A stretch of 64,000 nucleotides of DNA from Candidatus Saccharimonadales bacterium (GCA_038231155.1 JBBRLY010000016.1:21506-85505); one strand, 5' to 3'. Positions 40,488 to 49,753 are shown, numbered from the stretch's first letter. Notes: a model not told the origin generated them from the sequence alone. Numbers and translations: made by a program.

Positions 40488-40613
40488 ATACTTAGTTTAA
40501 GAAGTTCTAGATCTCTCAATAACTATACATTGTTATAATGTAGCTGTGATAGTTCATACATTTGAAAATTTATATTCCTAAAAGGGTATAATTTATCATG
40601 GAGAATCAAAAAT

Positions 40614-40982
40614 ATGGCCCAGACAATTGCAATTGTTGAGGATGACCAATCCATCAGGGATATGTACCGGCTTAAATTTGAAGCCGATGGATATAAGGTG
40701 GTGGTCGCCAGTAATGGCAAAGAAGGTTTAGTGCTAGCTGAAAGATCTAAACCGGATGTAATTTTACTTGATCTAATGATGCCGGAAATGACTGGTGATG
40801 AAATGCTTAAGGCCATGCGTAAAACAGATTGGGGTAAAAATATAAAAGTTATCATCTTGACCAATGTCAGCAAGGATGAAGCCTATCCAATTGTTAACCC
40901 TTTGGGAGTATCCGGTTTTGTGATTAAAGCCCATTTTACACCTCAAGAAGTGGTAGAAAGTGTTAAAAAAGTCTTGGTCTAG
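40614..40982 (+). CDS. Single-domain response regulator (receiver)
   Basis: IVEDD, LLDLMMP, LTN, K. Confidence 0.9.
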   Translation: MAQTIAIVEDDQSIRDMYRLKFEADGYKVVVASNGKEGLVLAERSKPDVILLDLMMPEMTGDEMLKAMRKTDWGKNIKVIILTNVSKDEAYPIVNPLGVSGFVIKAHFTPQEVVESVKKVLV

Positions 40983-40984
40983 TT

Positions 40985-41347
40985 ATGGCTAAAGTTGCAA
41001 TAATTGAAGATGATGTAGCCATCAGCCAGATGTACCGGCTTAAGTTTGAGCAAGAAGGTTACACAGTCGAAACTGCCGCTAATGGTAAGTTGGGCTTAGC
41101 GCTAACAGAGTCTATGAAACCGGATATTATACTGCTAGATCTAATGATGCCGGAAATGACTGGAAGTGAGATGCTCGCAGCAATGAGAAAGACTGATTGG
41201 GGTAAAAATATTAAAGTGGTTATTTTAACTAACATGGGTGAGCAGGAAATCCCCGAGGAAACTAAAAAGTTAGGAATTGTAGCCGCAGTATTAAAAGCCG
41301 ACATGACCCCTCGCCAAGTTGCTCAATTAGTTAAAGCTCATCTTTAA
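40985..41347 (+). CDS. Single-domain response regulator (receiver), tandem paralog
   Basis: IIEDD, LLDLMMPEMTG, MRKTDWGKNIKV shared with the upstream copy. Confidence 0.9.
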   Translation: MAKVAIIEDDVAISQMYRLKFEQEGYTVETAANGKLGLALTESMKPDIILLDLMMPEMTGSEMLAAMRKTDWGKNIKVVILTNMGEQEIPEETKKLGIVAAVLKADMTPRQVAQLVKAHL

Positions 41348-41386
41348 ATTCCTATCTTTGATATTGCCTGAGTTATTATAAAGACT

Positions 41387-42730
41387 ATGAAGATTGCGAT
41401 TTTGGGCTTTGCCCGTGACGGACAAGCAGCTTATGAGTTTTTAAATCGTGATGGCAACAGCATTACTATCTGCGATCAAAATCAAGATATTGTTGTTCCA
41501 GCTGGTACTTCTAGTCAACTAGGCCCTGATTATCTTAAAAACTTGGCACAATACGATTTAATTGTCCGCACTGCTGGCTTAGCGCCGCATTTAATAACTG
41601 CAGTTAATTCAAACTCTATTGATGTTTTACAAAAAATAACCGGTAATATTGATCTGTTTTATAAAAATAGTCCAACTAAAAATATAATCGGAGTTACCGG
41701 TACAAAAGGTAAAGGTACTACAAGTACTTTGATTGCTAAAATGCTAGAAGCGGCTGGTAAAAAAGTGCACCTAGGTGGCAATATTGGCATCCCGGCACTA
41801 GATCTACTCAAAAATAATATTCAGCCTGATGATTGGGTAGTACTTGAACAAGGAGCATTTCAATTAATAGACCAGCAGCACTCTCCAGTTATTGGCGTTT
41901 GTTTAATGGTCGAACCAGAACATATGGACTGGTTCAAAGATATGGATGAGTATCTAACCGCTAAACAACAAATGTTTATTCATCAAGGTACTAACGATGT
42001 AGCTATATATAATGCCATAAGCCAAAATTCCAAAACAGTTACAAGTGTTAGCCCCGCTAAAAAGATTCCATATATGGAAAAGCCTGGTGCTTACATTGAA
42101 GGAAGTTCTATAGTAATTGATGGACAAAATATCTGTCAAACAAATGAATTAAAACTGCTTGGTGAGCATAACTGGCAAAACGTTTGTGCAGCTGTGACTA
42201 CTGTTTGGCAAGTTACCCAAGATAATAAGGCTATTAAAACAGTCCTAACTAGTATTACGGGATTAGAACATCGACTGGAATTGGTTCGTGAATTTAACGG
42301 AGTTAAGTATTATGATGATTCATTTGGCACGACACCGGAAACGGCAATTGTTGCCATCGAGGCTTTTGACATGCCAAAAGTCGTAATACTTGGCGGTTCA
42401 ACCAAACAATCGGACTATACTAAACTTGCCGCGGTCCTGGCCAAGAGCGCCATTCGGCAAATTATATTAATCGGAAATACGACCAATCCGGACTATAAAT
42501 CAGCCGCGCCAGAAATTGAGTCTGCACTTAATGCTCAAGGAATTAAGCAAATTACTTCACTGGTTAAACCTGGTAAGACCAGCATGAACGAGATTGTTCA
42601 GGCCACTCAATCAGCTTCCCATCCCGGAGATGTAGTTTTACTATCTACAGCTTGCGCAAGTTTTGACTTATTTAAAGATTATAAAGATCGCGGTGAACAG
42701 TTTAAGCAAGCTGTGTTAGCACTCGTCTAA
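41387..42730 (+). CDS. murD: UDP-MurNAc-L-Ala--D-glutamate ligase
   Basis: GVTGTKGKGTT, GGNIG, HRLE, DDSFGTT, LLSTACASFD. Confidence 0.93.
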   Translation: MKIAILGFARDGQAAYEFLNRDGNSITICDQNQDIVVPAGTSSQLGPDYLKNLAQYDLIVRTAGLAPHLITAVNSNSIDVLQKITGNIDLFYKNSPTKNIIGVTGTKGKGTTSTLIAKMLEAAGKKVHLGGNIGIPALDLLKNNIQPDDWVVLEQGAFQLIDQQHSPVIGVCLMVEPEHMDWFKDMDEYLTAKQQMFIHQGTNDVAIYNAISQNSKTVTSVSPAKKIPYMEKPGAYIEGSSIVIDGQNICQTNELKLLGEHNWQNVCAAVTTVWQVTQDNKAIKTVLTSITGLEHRLELVREFNGVKYYDDSFGTTPETAIVAIEAFDMPKVVILGGSTKQSDYTKLAAVLAKSAIRQIILIGNTTNPDYKSAAPEIESALNAQGIKQITSLVKPGKTSMNEIVQATQSASHPGDVVLLSTACASFDLFKDYKDRGEQFKQAVLALV

Positions 42731-43436
42731 GTTGTTCAATTACCGGTTGTTCGGGCTGTAAAACGGTAGCCCGACCGGCAACAATATCTTTTATAAGCTG
42801 TTCGATCCAGTGATAGTGAGTACAGCCAAGAACAATAACGTCAGCTCCGGCTTGGCAGCCGGTTTCAATCCGCTTGTTTATTTGGTCTCGATTAATCTGG
42901 TTATTTTCTATCATTGGCACCCAATCGCTACAATCAGGCTCCAAAACTTTTAGGTTTTTAGCAAAGACTTTTTTAAGTGAACTGTAGCGTGCACTAGCTA
43001 AAGTATTAGGTGTGGCGCAGACGGCAATGATACCGCTTTTAGTTAAACTGGCAGCCGGTTTAACCATTGGCTCCATACCAACTAAAGGAACGCTGACCTC
43101 TTGACGCAACGTATCTATCATAGTGGTGGTTACGGTATTACAAGCAATTACAATTACCTGGCAGCCTTGATCAACTAAGTCTTTCAGTATTGGTAAAACA
43201 TAGCCATGAATTTGGCGCAGTGGTTTATTGCCATAAGGTAGATGCCGTTTATCGGCTGCGTAGATAACTCTATATTCAGGCAAAGCCGCTTGTATAGCTT
43301 TGGCCACCGAGAGTCCGCCAACGCCACTGTCAAACACACCTATCTTAGGTAAGGGCTTGCCTCCCATGACACCTTCACCGTATTTGGTCATTTTTCTTTT
43401 CGCCATTTCGTTGTGCCGCAAGTATGACATTTTCAA
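42702..43436 (-). CDS. murI: Glutamate racemase (likely start ~43367)
   Basis: IGVFDSGVGGLS, PYG, IACNT, LGCTHY. Confidence 0.93.
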   Translation of the reverse strand: MKMSYLRHNEMAKRKMTKYGEGVMGGKPLPKIGVFDSGVGGLSVAKAIQAALPEYRVIYAADKRHLPYGNKPLRQIHGYVLPILKDLVDQGCQVIVIACNTVTTTMIDTLRQEVSVPLVGMEPMVKPAASLTKSGIIAVCATPNTLASARYSSLKKVFAKNLKVLEPDCSDWVPMIENNQINRDQINKRIETGCQAGADVIVLGCTHYHWIEQLIKDIVAGRATVLQPEQPVIEQLRRVLTQLA

Positions 43437-44202
43437 ACAAAGCCGATACAGTTAAGGGGCCAACACCACCTTTTTCTGGGGTGATGGTTAAATCATCACG
43501 TTCATATACTGCTGGATCTAAGTCTCCTACGGTTTTGCCGGATTCACTAGCTACACCGGCATCTACTACTACGGCACCGTGTTTAATCATTTTTGAATAT
43601 AAAATAGCTGGGCTACCAGTTGCGGTAATAATAATGTCGGCGTTTTTGGTATGTACCGATAAATCTTTTGCGCCTCTATCGATAACTTCAACGTCCAAAT
43701 CAGATTGTTTTAGCATTTTTTCAAGTGGAGCACCGACTAATTTACCACGGCCAATAAGTAGTATGTGTTTACCATTCAAATCAATATTAAATCCAGATAA
43801 CAACCACATAATTGCCATAGGTGTAGCTGGGCTGTATTGGGCTTTTTGGCCTAGAGCATCAACGTCTTTATGAGGGGCTACCATATTCACTATTTCTTCT
43901 GTTTTATCAGGATCGGGTAGCGGTAGCTGCACAATTATGCCATGAACCTTATCGTCTTTATTTAATTGTTCTAATAGTTTTGGTACCTTACCTTGGTCAA
44001 TAAAATGCACGGCTACATCAATTAGAATGTCGGTACCGTAACTTTTTTTAAGTCGAACGTAAGTGTTAATTACCGGATCATCCAGGCATTGTACAATGTC
44101 TAGTTTAGGGTAAACATCGTGGCCTTGACGTAGAGCCCGGACTTGCCCAGCTTGGCGCTGTTTGATATAGCCAGCTAGTTCACGGCCACTTAATAATTTC
44201 AT
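43375..44202 (-). CDS. folD: Methylenetetrahydrofolate dehydrogenase/cyclohydrolase
   Basis: HGIIVQLPLP, KDVD, GRGKLVG, GGVGPLTV. Confidence 0.92.
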   Translation of the reverse strand: MKLLSGRELAGYIKQRQAGQVRALRQGHDVYPKLDIVQCLDDPVINTYVRLKKSYGTDILIDVAVHFIDQGKVPKLLEQLNKDDKVHGIIVQLPLPDPDKTEEIVNMVAPHKDVDALGQKAQYSPATPMAIMWLLSGFNIDLNGKHILLIGRGKLVGAPLEKMLKQSDLDVEVIDRGAKDLSVHTKNADIIITATGSPAILYSKMIKHGAVVVDAGVASESGKTVGDLDPAVYERDDLTITPEKGGVGPLTVSALFENVILAAQRNGEKKNDQIR

Positions 44203-44294
44203 TAAGTAGAGTATAACAGTGGTGCCATATCTATACCTAAATTCAATTTCAGTGATATCAGGCTATAATAAAGCGTAAGCAAGTTAAGAAAAAG

Positions 44295-45794
44295 ATGAAA
44301 AGCTTAAATCAAAAACTGTCGTCATTTATTCGCACAAAAGCTTTTTTTGGTCTGGTTCTAGCTTTTTTTATAGCCAGCAGTGTATGGATTGCTTTATCGG
44401 CCCGTTTTCCAATGGCTTTTGATGAAGGCTTTCATTTAGGCATTATTAAAATATATGCTCATCAGTGGAGCCCATTTCTACTTCATCAACCACCTGGGCC
44501 AGCGACTTATGGTTCTCTAACAACAGATCCAAATTGTCTGTACTACTATATTATGAGCTTCCCATATCGGTTATTTAGCAGTCTAGTTACTGATCCTAAA
44601 ACTGTCATAATTGCTCTTCGATTTATTAATATTGGCTTTTTTACAGCGGCACTGCTATTAATGCGTAGAGTCTTACTCAAAGCCAGGGCTTCATCGGCAG
44701 TTGTTCATCTAACGCTTTTTTTCTTTATTTTGATTCCGATAGTACCGCTACTAGCTGGACAAATTAACTACGATAACTTGGTATTTTTAATATTAGCTAT
44801 TAATTTACTGCTAGTTATAAGATTTCGTGAACTATTGCTACGAAAAAAATATAACTCAAGCTTACTGTTAAATATCATTAGCTTTACGACTTTGGGCTGC
44901 TTAGTTAAATACGCATACTTACCGTTTTTGCTAGCTATTACCATTTATTTATTGGTTATTATTCGGCAGGTTCTTGGCTCACCTGCCAAAGCTTGGCCTA
45001 AATTTGTACACGATTGGCAAGGACTGTCTCAATTAAAAAAATGGTTAACTTTAATACTTCTAGTATTCAGCACCGGTATATTTTTACAGCGTTACGGAGT
45101 TGGTATAGTCAAGTACCACAATATTATTCCGCAATGTGGCCAGGTTTTAAACGTACAGCGCTGCACGGCTTATCCTATCTGGGCTCGTAATTATTCACTT
45201 GTTAAACATAGTCACAATGTCGGTTTTGGTAATCCGCTTTATTTTGTCGGAGGTTGGTTTTACGGAATGTTTGAACGAGCCTTTTTTGCTATCAATGGCC
45301 AGAACAGTGTTGCGAATTACGATAATAAACCACCCTTGCCTTTAATGTCGTTAGTTGCAATTTCTGTTTTTGGCTTTGGACTTTACCTTGTGGGCCGTTA
45401 TCGAAGAGTTATTTTTAAAAACAACCCGATACTAAAGTTTTTAATTTTTGTTTCGATTGTTTACGTGATGGCCCTTGTTGGCCGGAATTATCATGATTAT
45501 CTACAGTTTGGTGGTCAGTTAGTAGCCATTAATGGTCGCTACTTACTATTAATAATTTTGCCGATAATGCTATCTATTGCTATGGCCTACAAACAATTCG
45601 TACAGGTTAAACTTAGATTAGCAGTGATAGGTGTAGTTTGTTTACTAATGTTACAGGGTGGTAGTGCTATAAGCTATATATACTATTCAACACCGTATTG
45701 GTATTGGTCGAATGACAGGCGGGCATTGAAAATGAATAATACTGCTAAATCTATTATTAAACCATTTATACTTCCATGGCCAGGCGTTAAGTAA
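44295..45794 (+). CDS. Multi-TM glycosyltransferase-like protein (PMT/ArnT/DUF2142-like)
   Basis: FDEGFH loop motif, NYD, GRY and many TM helices. Confidence 0.65.
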   Translation: MKSLNQKLSSFIRTKAFFGLVLAFFIASSVWIALSARFPMAFDEGFHLGIIKIYAHQWSPFLLHQPPGPATYGSLTTDPNCLYYYIMSFPYRLFSSLVTDPKTVIIALRFINIGFFTAALLLMRRVLLKARASSAVVHLTLFFFILIPIVPLLAGQINYDNLVFLILAINLLLVIRFRELLLRKKYNSSLLLNIISFTTLGCLVKYAYLPFLLAITIYLLVIIRQVLGSPAKAWPKFVHDWQGLSQLKKWLTLILLVFSTGIFLQRYGVGIVKYHNIIPQCGQVLNVQRCTAYPIWARNYSLVKHSHNVGFGNPLYFVGGWFYGMFERAFFAINGQNSVANYDNKPPLPLMSLVAISVFGFGLYLVGRYRRVIFKNNPILKFLIFVSIVYVMALVGRNYHDYLQFGGQLVAINGRYLLLIILPIMLSIAMAYKQFVQVKLRLAVIGVVCLLMLQGGSAISYIYYSTPYWYWSNDRRALKMNNTAKSIIKPFILPWPGVK

Positions 45795-45829
45795 ATTTGA
45801 AAAATCTAAATTAGTTAAACTTTCTACAA

Positions 45830-45858
45830 TTGCAAAAACAGGGGTAGTCTGTTAAAGT
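45830..45858 (+). promoter_or_regulatory. tRNA-Lys promoter
   Basis: TTGCAA-17nt-TAAAGT with an extended TG. Confidence 0.65.
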
Positions 45859-45884
45859 TTCACGCGTTGCAATAGGCAATTTCA

Positions 45885-45961
45885 GGGCCATTAGCTCAGC
45901 TGGTTAGAGCACCTGCCTCTTAAGCAGGGTGTCCAGGGTTCGAGTCCCTGATGGCCCTCCA
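45885..45961 (+). tRNA. tRNA-Lys(CTT); integration site
   Basis: GGGCCAT/ATGGCCC-T-CCA; anticodon arm CCTGC-CTCTTAA-GCAGG; GGTTCGAGTCC. Confidence 0.97.
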
Positions 45962-47587
45962 AGTATCGAAAATAGGCACTAAAGCTTCCTCCAACTCCTT
46001 TGGGGAGGTTTTTTTATTAGTTCTTACCCTTCTATACGAAGTCTCGAGCTCAGGATAGCCCTCTGCAATCGGTACTAACCAGTCGTTAGGTGTTATTTCT
46101 AAATGTCCGTCTTTTAAAACTAAGTTCTTACCCAAAGTTTTAAGCACGTCCCGTTTGTCCATCAGTGTGCCTGTTGCAAAACGCACTCGTGCGTAGGTAG
46201 CGAAATCAAACGCCTTCTCGGTTAGTTCCAACCAATCATCAGCTCGTTGCTCAGTACCACGTAGACCATCGTCTATACGTATAAGATCGGACTTTAGCCT
46301 GCTGCGCTGTTCAATGTATTCATCATCGTCAAGCAGGTCACGTGTGCGCATATCAACCAGTTTGTCTAAACGTTCTTGGATTTGCTCACGGCTGTGCTGC
46401 TGCATTTTATAAATACAGGTACGGTTTTTGCCCTCAATCTTATTGTTACGGCGCAGTACTTTAAGGGCAATGTCTCTAAACTCTGGCAGGATTGTATACT
46501 TTGCCAGCTCTTCCTCAATCTGGTTGTGAATATTTTCAACCCTCGTGTACTTGGTTTGCGTACAAGGGCGTGCCTCGCTTTTACGTGTGCAGTAGTAGTG
46601 GACGTACACTGCCATTTTATTATCACGCTTTACAAATTTGGTATTGGTCTTGCCTACGATACTACAACCACATTCACCGCACTTAATCATCCCCGCAAAA
46701 GAGTAGTCAAACACGCCCTTACGAGGCTTGCCCTTGCTGCCGAGTAAGGTTTGAGCATAGTCAAACTCATCAAGAGTAATCATCGGTTCGTGGTTACCTT
46801 TATAGATTTCACCGTTGTGTGATATCCAGCCTGCATAAAAGGGGTTGTTAAATATCTTATAAATCATACTGCTGTGCATAGAGCTGCCACCAATTTTACC
46901 GTTCTCACGAGTAATATACTTCCAATCATCGGTGGCTATTTTGTATATTTGTGAGGCGTTACGATTACCAGACAATAGCATTTGCCACATTTTCTTGACT
47001 GGCTCATAACGTAGGGGGTCATTAGCCGTGTGCATAATAACCTTGTTGTCTTTAGACCTCAGCTGAGGCAAGTGGTTTTCATCAAGCACAGGCACTTTCA
47101 TATAACCCTGAGGTACTTGCCCAGGACGCTCCCCATTTGCAGCTTTCTGCTCCATACCACGTTTAACGTCACGACCTTGCTTAGAGCTTTCGTACTGTGA
47201 CTGGTTCATCACCATTTGCAGCATCATAATACCCTCGGCGGAGTTATCAAAGTTAAAGGAGCAGAACTTTAGGTCTTTAAGTTCATTGCGTAGCATATAG
47301 GTTAGTGTTGCACTATCAAGCTCGTTACGTGACAGGCGATTGGGATGCCACGCAACAATACCATCGGCTTTGCCTTGCTTAATCATATCTATCATTTCGG
47401 CGAAGATTGGTCTGCCTGGCTTAAAGGCACTCTGGCTCTCGGGCTCAAGCCATTTAACGATATTGAGGCCTGGAAAGGCTCTTTTGATTTCTTTTATTTG
47501 TGACGGATGCGAAAGCTCTTGGCGTTCCTTACGCTCTTCTGACTTACGTACGTAAGCTATGTATCTTAGTTTGTTCTTGGTGTGCAT
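45920..47587 (-). CDS. Large serine recombinase (resolvase, recombinase and Zn-ribbon domains, coiled coil)
   Basis: YVRKS catalytic Ser, SAFKPGRPIF, NRLSRN, NPFYAG, CGECG...YYC; the 3' end overlaps tRNA-Lys antisense. Confidence 0.93.
   Translation of the reverse strand: MHTKNKLRYIAYVRKSEERKERQELSHPSQIKEIKRAFPGLNIVKWLEPESQSAFKPGRPIFAEMIDMIKQGKADGIVAWHPNRLSRNELDSATLTYMLRNELKDLKFCSFNFDNSAEGIMMLQMVMNQSQYESSKQGRDVKRGMEQKAANGERPGQVPQGYMKVPVLDENHLPQLRSKDNKVIMHTANDPLRYEPVKKMWQMLLSGNRNASQIYKIATDDWKYITRENGKIGGSSMHSSMIYKIFNNPFYAGWISHNGEIYKGNHEPMITLDEFDYAQTLLGSKGKPRKGVFDYSFAGMIKCGECGCSIVGKTNTKFVKRDNKMAVYVHYYCTRKSEARPCTQTKYTRVENIHNQIEEELAKYTILPEFRDIALKVLRRNNKIEGKNRTCIYKMQQHSREQIQERLDKLVDMRTRDLLDDDEYIEQRSRLKSDLIRIDDGLRGTEQRADDWLELTEKAFDFATYARVRFATGTLMDKRDVLKTLGKNLVLKDGHLEITPNDWLVPIAEGYPELETSYRRVRTNKKTSPKELEEALVPIFDTWRAIRDSNPGHPA
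45981..46015 (+). terminator. Terminator after tRNA-Lys (inside the recombinase 3' end)
   Basis: GC-rich hairpin CTTCCTCC...GGGGAGG followed by T7 and preceded by AAA; related copy at 50986-51021. Confidence 0.6.
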
Positions 47588-47649
47588 ATCTTATCCTTAA
47601 TTTTATAACAAAATGTACTATTGAAATAGGTGTTAATACAGGCCATAGG

Positions 47650-48192
47650 CTATTTTCCTACACCGAAACGACTGGTCATTATTTCACCTAATGATTGAGC
47701 CCGATTGCGACTGGTTTTTGTATAGGGGGTAATTTCTGTAGTAGTTTTTGAAGTAATCTTCTGTGTAATCTTTGTAATAGATTGCTGGAAAGCCGCAAAC
47801 CCAGAGCCTATTTCCAGGTCTTTGAACTCGTCAGTTTCCAGCAGACTAATTATCACTAAGGAGAGGATATCCATATCAATATAAAAGTGTCGCTTTTGGG
47901 GGACACCTTTATTCTTGGTCTCAAGAAAGCCAAATGCTTTTAGATTTTTTATAGCACGGTCCTGCTTGTCTCTGCTCAGCCCCGTCTCTTTATAAAGCTC
48001 TGCCTGTGTCTTATAGAACGAATTATCCCGCCTGTGGCCCTTGCCACGCCAGTAGAGTAATTGGCTTAGGATAATGCCCTCATTTACACCAAAAATAAGG
48101 CCCAGCCCTGAGATATAGAGAATTGAGCTATTGGTAAACAAATTTTTAATCTGTTGCTGGCTTGGGCTGGCTTTGCTCATTGCTGTTCTCAT
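47650..48192 (-). CDS. Phage-type replication initiator (wHTH)
   Basis: LSQLLYW...FYKTQAELYKETGLSRDKQDRAIKNL wHTH; internal 12-bp repeats encoding ITKITQKITSKTTTEIT. Confidence 0.7.
   Translation of the reverse strand: MRTAMSKASPSQQQIKNLFTNSSILYISGLGLIFGVNEGIILSQLLYWRGKGHRRDNSFYKTQAELYKETGLSRDKQDRAIKNLKAFGFLETKNKGVPQKRHFYIDMDILSLVIISLLETDEFKDLEIGSGFAAFQQSITKITQKITSKTTTEITPYTKTSRNRAQSLGEIMTSRFGVGK
47729..47776. repeat. Four 12-bp tandem units (iteron-like)
   Basis: GTAATTTCTGTA/GTAGTTTTTGAA/GTAATCTTCTGT/GTAATCTTTGTA. Confidence 0.55.
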
Positions 48193-48358
48193 TCACATTT
48201 ATGCTTAGTAGTTGTTGCTTGCTTATTGGCTGGTAAATAAGCTCCATTTGGCGAACAAGCAGCTCTAATAGCCTCCTGGCTTCAAAAGACTTCAAGCTTA
48301 CGCCAAACCTTGCTTTATATGCCGACTGGAATGCCTCAACGTCAGACGTAATAACCAT
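48146..48358 (-). CDS. Small hypothetical protein of the element
   Basis: 70 aa, coupled to its neighbours; FQSAYKARFGVSL...LIYQPI. Confidence 0.65.
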   Translation of the reverse strand: MVITSDVEAFQSAYKARFGVSLKSFEARRLLELLVRQMELIYQPISKQQLLSINVNENSNEQSQPKPATD

Positions 48359-48359
48359 A

Positions 48360-48611
48360 TTAGCTACCGTACAGCCTATTTTTTAGCTGCCTGATAGCAT
48401 CAAAGTAGGCACGGGGTTCAATTGTTATGCTGCCTTTATGATACGAATTAACGAGTGTTTCTAAGCCCTCGCTCGTGACAAAACAAAAACCAGCCCTTTT
48501 GGGGTTGGTTCGTTCAATGCTCTGTAGTGATTGTCCCAATGCAATAAGTGTTGCTGCCAGTGGCAGGTCTTGTGTCGAATAGGTTTTCATACTGATTGCT
48601 TCATCGTTCAT
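48360..48611 (-). CDS. DUF5659-like small protein
   Basis: TQDLPLAATL...RAGFCF...IEPRAYFDAIRQLKNRLY pattern recalled from CPR mobile elements. Confidence 0.6.
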   Translation of the reverse strand: MNDEAISMKTYSTQDLPLAATLIALGQSLQSIERTNPKRAGFCFVTSEGLETLVNSYHKGSITIEPRAYFDAIRQLKNRLYGS

Positions 48612-48673
48612 AAAACGATGGTATGACGTATGATTAACTAAAAATAACCCAAAGTTTACACGTAAATTTTAGA

Positions 48674-49291
48674 CTATTTTGGCAGACGCTTCTTATACTC
48701 TTGGATGTACCTGTTGATTTCTACATAGGTATCCGTGCATTTAAAAGCCTCGTTTATCTTTGCAACTATTTCGTTGGGCCTGAGGCCTTTTTGTTTGAGC
48801 AGGTACGCCATACGCATTTTCTCGTGCTTTCTCTTCGGTAAACCGTTAGGACGCTTCTTTGGTTCTATGCTTTCCTGCTTAAACTCTCGAAACAGCTTTA
48901 TGATTTCCTGTTCAGTCGTTTGTTCATAAAAAGTCATTTCGTATGTTGCCCTGCCTGACTTCTTGTCATTGTGCTCAACAATCATCGGACCACCTGCATC
49001 AAAACTGGAGTATTCGTTATAAAATATGTACCTTAATAGGCTGGCAAAAGAGGCTGCGGTTAACCCATAAGTACCTTGGTGGAAGAACTTAAGCCTTATG
49101 TCATTATGTAAGCCATCAACTAATTCAAGATTTTGTACTATCCATTCTGGTTCGCCAGTGTCAAACGTGGGTTTCTTTGGTGTGGTTATATGCCACTTTC
49201 TACGAATAGCCCGTACGTCTTTTTGAAACCTAGCACTATCAACAAGCTCGTGGGCACGTTGCTGTTCTTTGTAGCTTCGCTTATCCTTCAT
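48674..49291 (-). CDS. Hypothetical basic protein, possible C-terminal HTH
   Basis: 205 aa; AYLLKQKGLRPNEIVAKI. Confidence 0.65.
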   Translation of the reverse strand: MKDKRSYKEQQRAHELVDSARFQKDVRAIRRKWHITTPKKPTFDTGEPEWIVQNLELVDGLHNDIRLKFFHQGTYGLTAASFASLLRYIFYNEYSSFDAGGPMIVEHNDKKSGRATYEMTFYEQTTEQEIIKLFREFKQESIEPKKRPNGLPKRKHEKMRMAYLLKQKGLRPNEIVAKINEAFKCTDTYVEINRYIQEYKKRLPK

Positions 49292-49345
49292 TTACATACT
49301 CATCCATATACTTATTCTATCAACTTCGTAGGATATAATTAGTCT

Positions 49346-49753
49346 ATGCAAGTAACCACACGCACCAGAGGACGACCAACTGTATTCCATAATGAAGTTG
49401 TCCATAAATTGGAGCAGGCATTTGCTATTGGGTGCACGGTAGAAGAGGCCTGCATCGTATCTGGTGTGTCACGCTCCGCTTATTACAACAAACTAAATAA
49501 TGACCCTGATTTTATGGACAGAATGGCACGTATCCAGCTCTTTTTGATAATTAAGGCACGGCACACTGTATATGACGCCATTCGTAGGGGCGATACTAAG
49601 ACAAGTAGGTGGTATTTAGAGCGTAAATGTAGAGATGAGTTTGGTGCGCAAACACAGAACCATAATGCAGCCAGCACCCAACTAGACAGCTACACGGAAG
49701 ACGAGCTACGCAGAATAGCTGCCGCCACTACATATCCTTATACAGCCTCTTGA
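49346..49753 (+). CDS. Terminase small subunit-like HTH protein
   Basis: GRPTVF...KLEQAFAIGCTVEEACIVSGVSRSAYY...WYLERK...EF; leaderless TATAAT upstream. Confidence 0.6.
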   Translation: MQVTTRTRGRPTVFHNEVVHKLEQAFAIGCTVEEACIVSGVSRSAYYNKLNNDPDFMDRMARIQLFLIIKARHTVYDAIRRGDTKTSRWYLERKCRDEFGAQTQNHNAASTQLDSYTEDELRRIAAATTYPYTAS

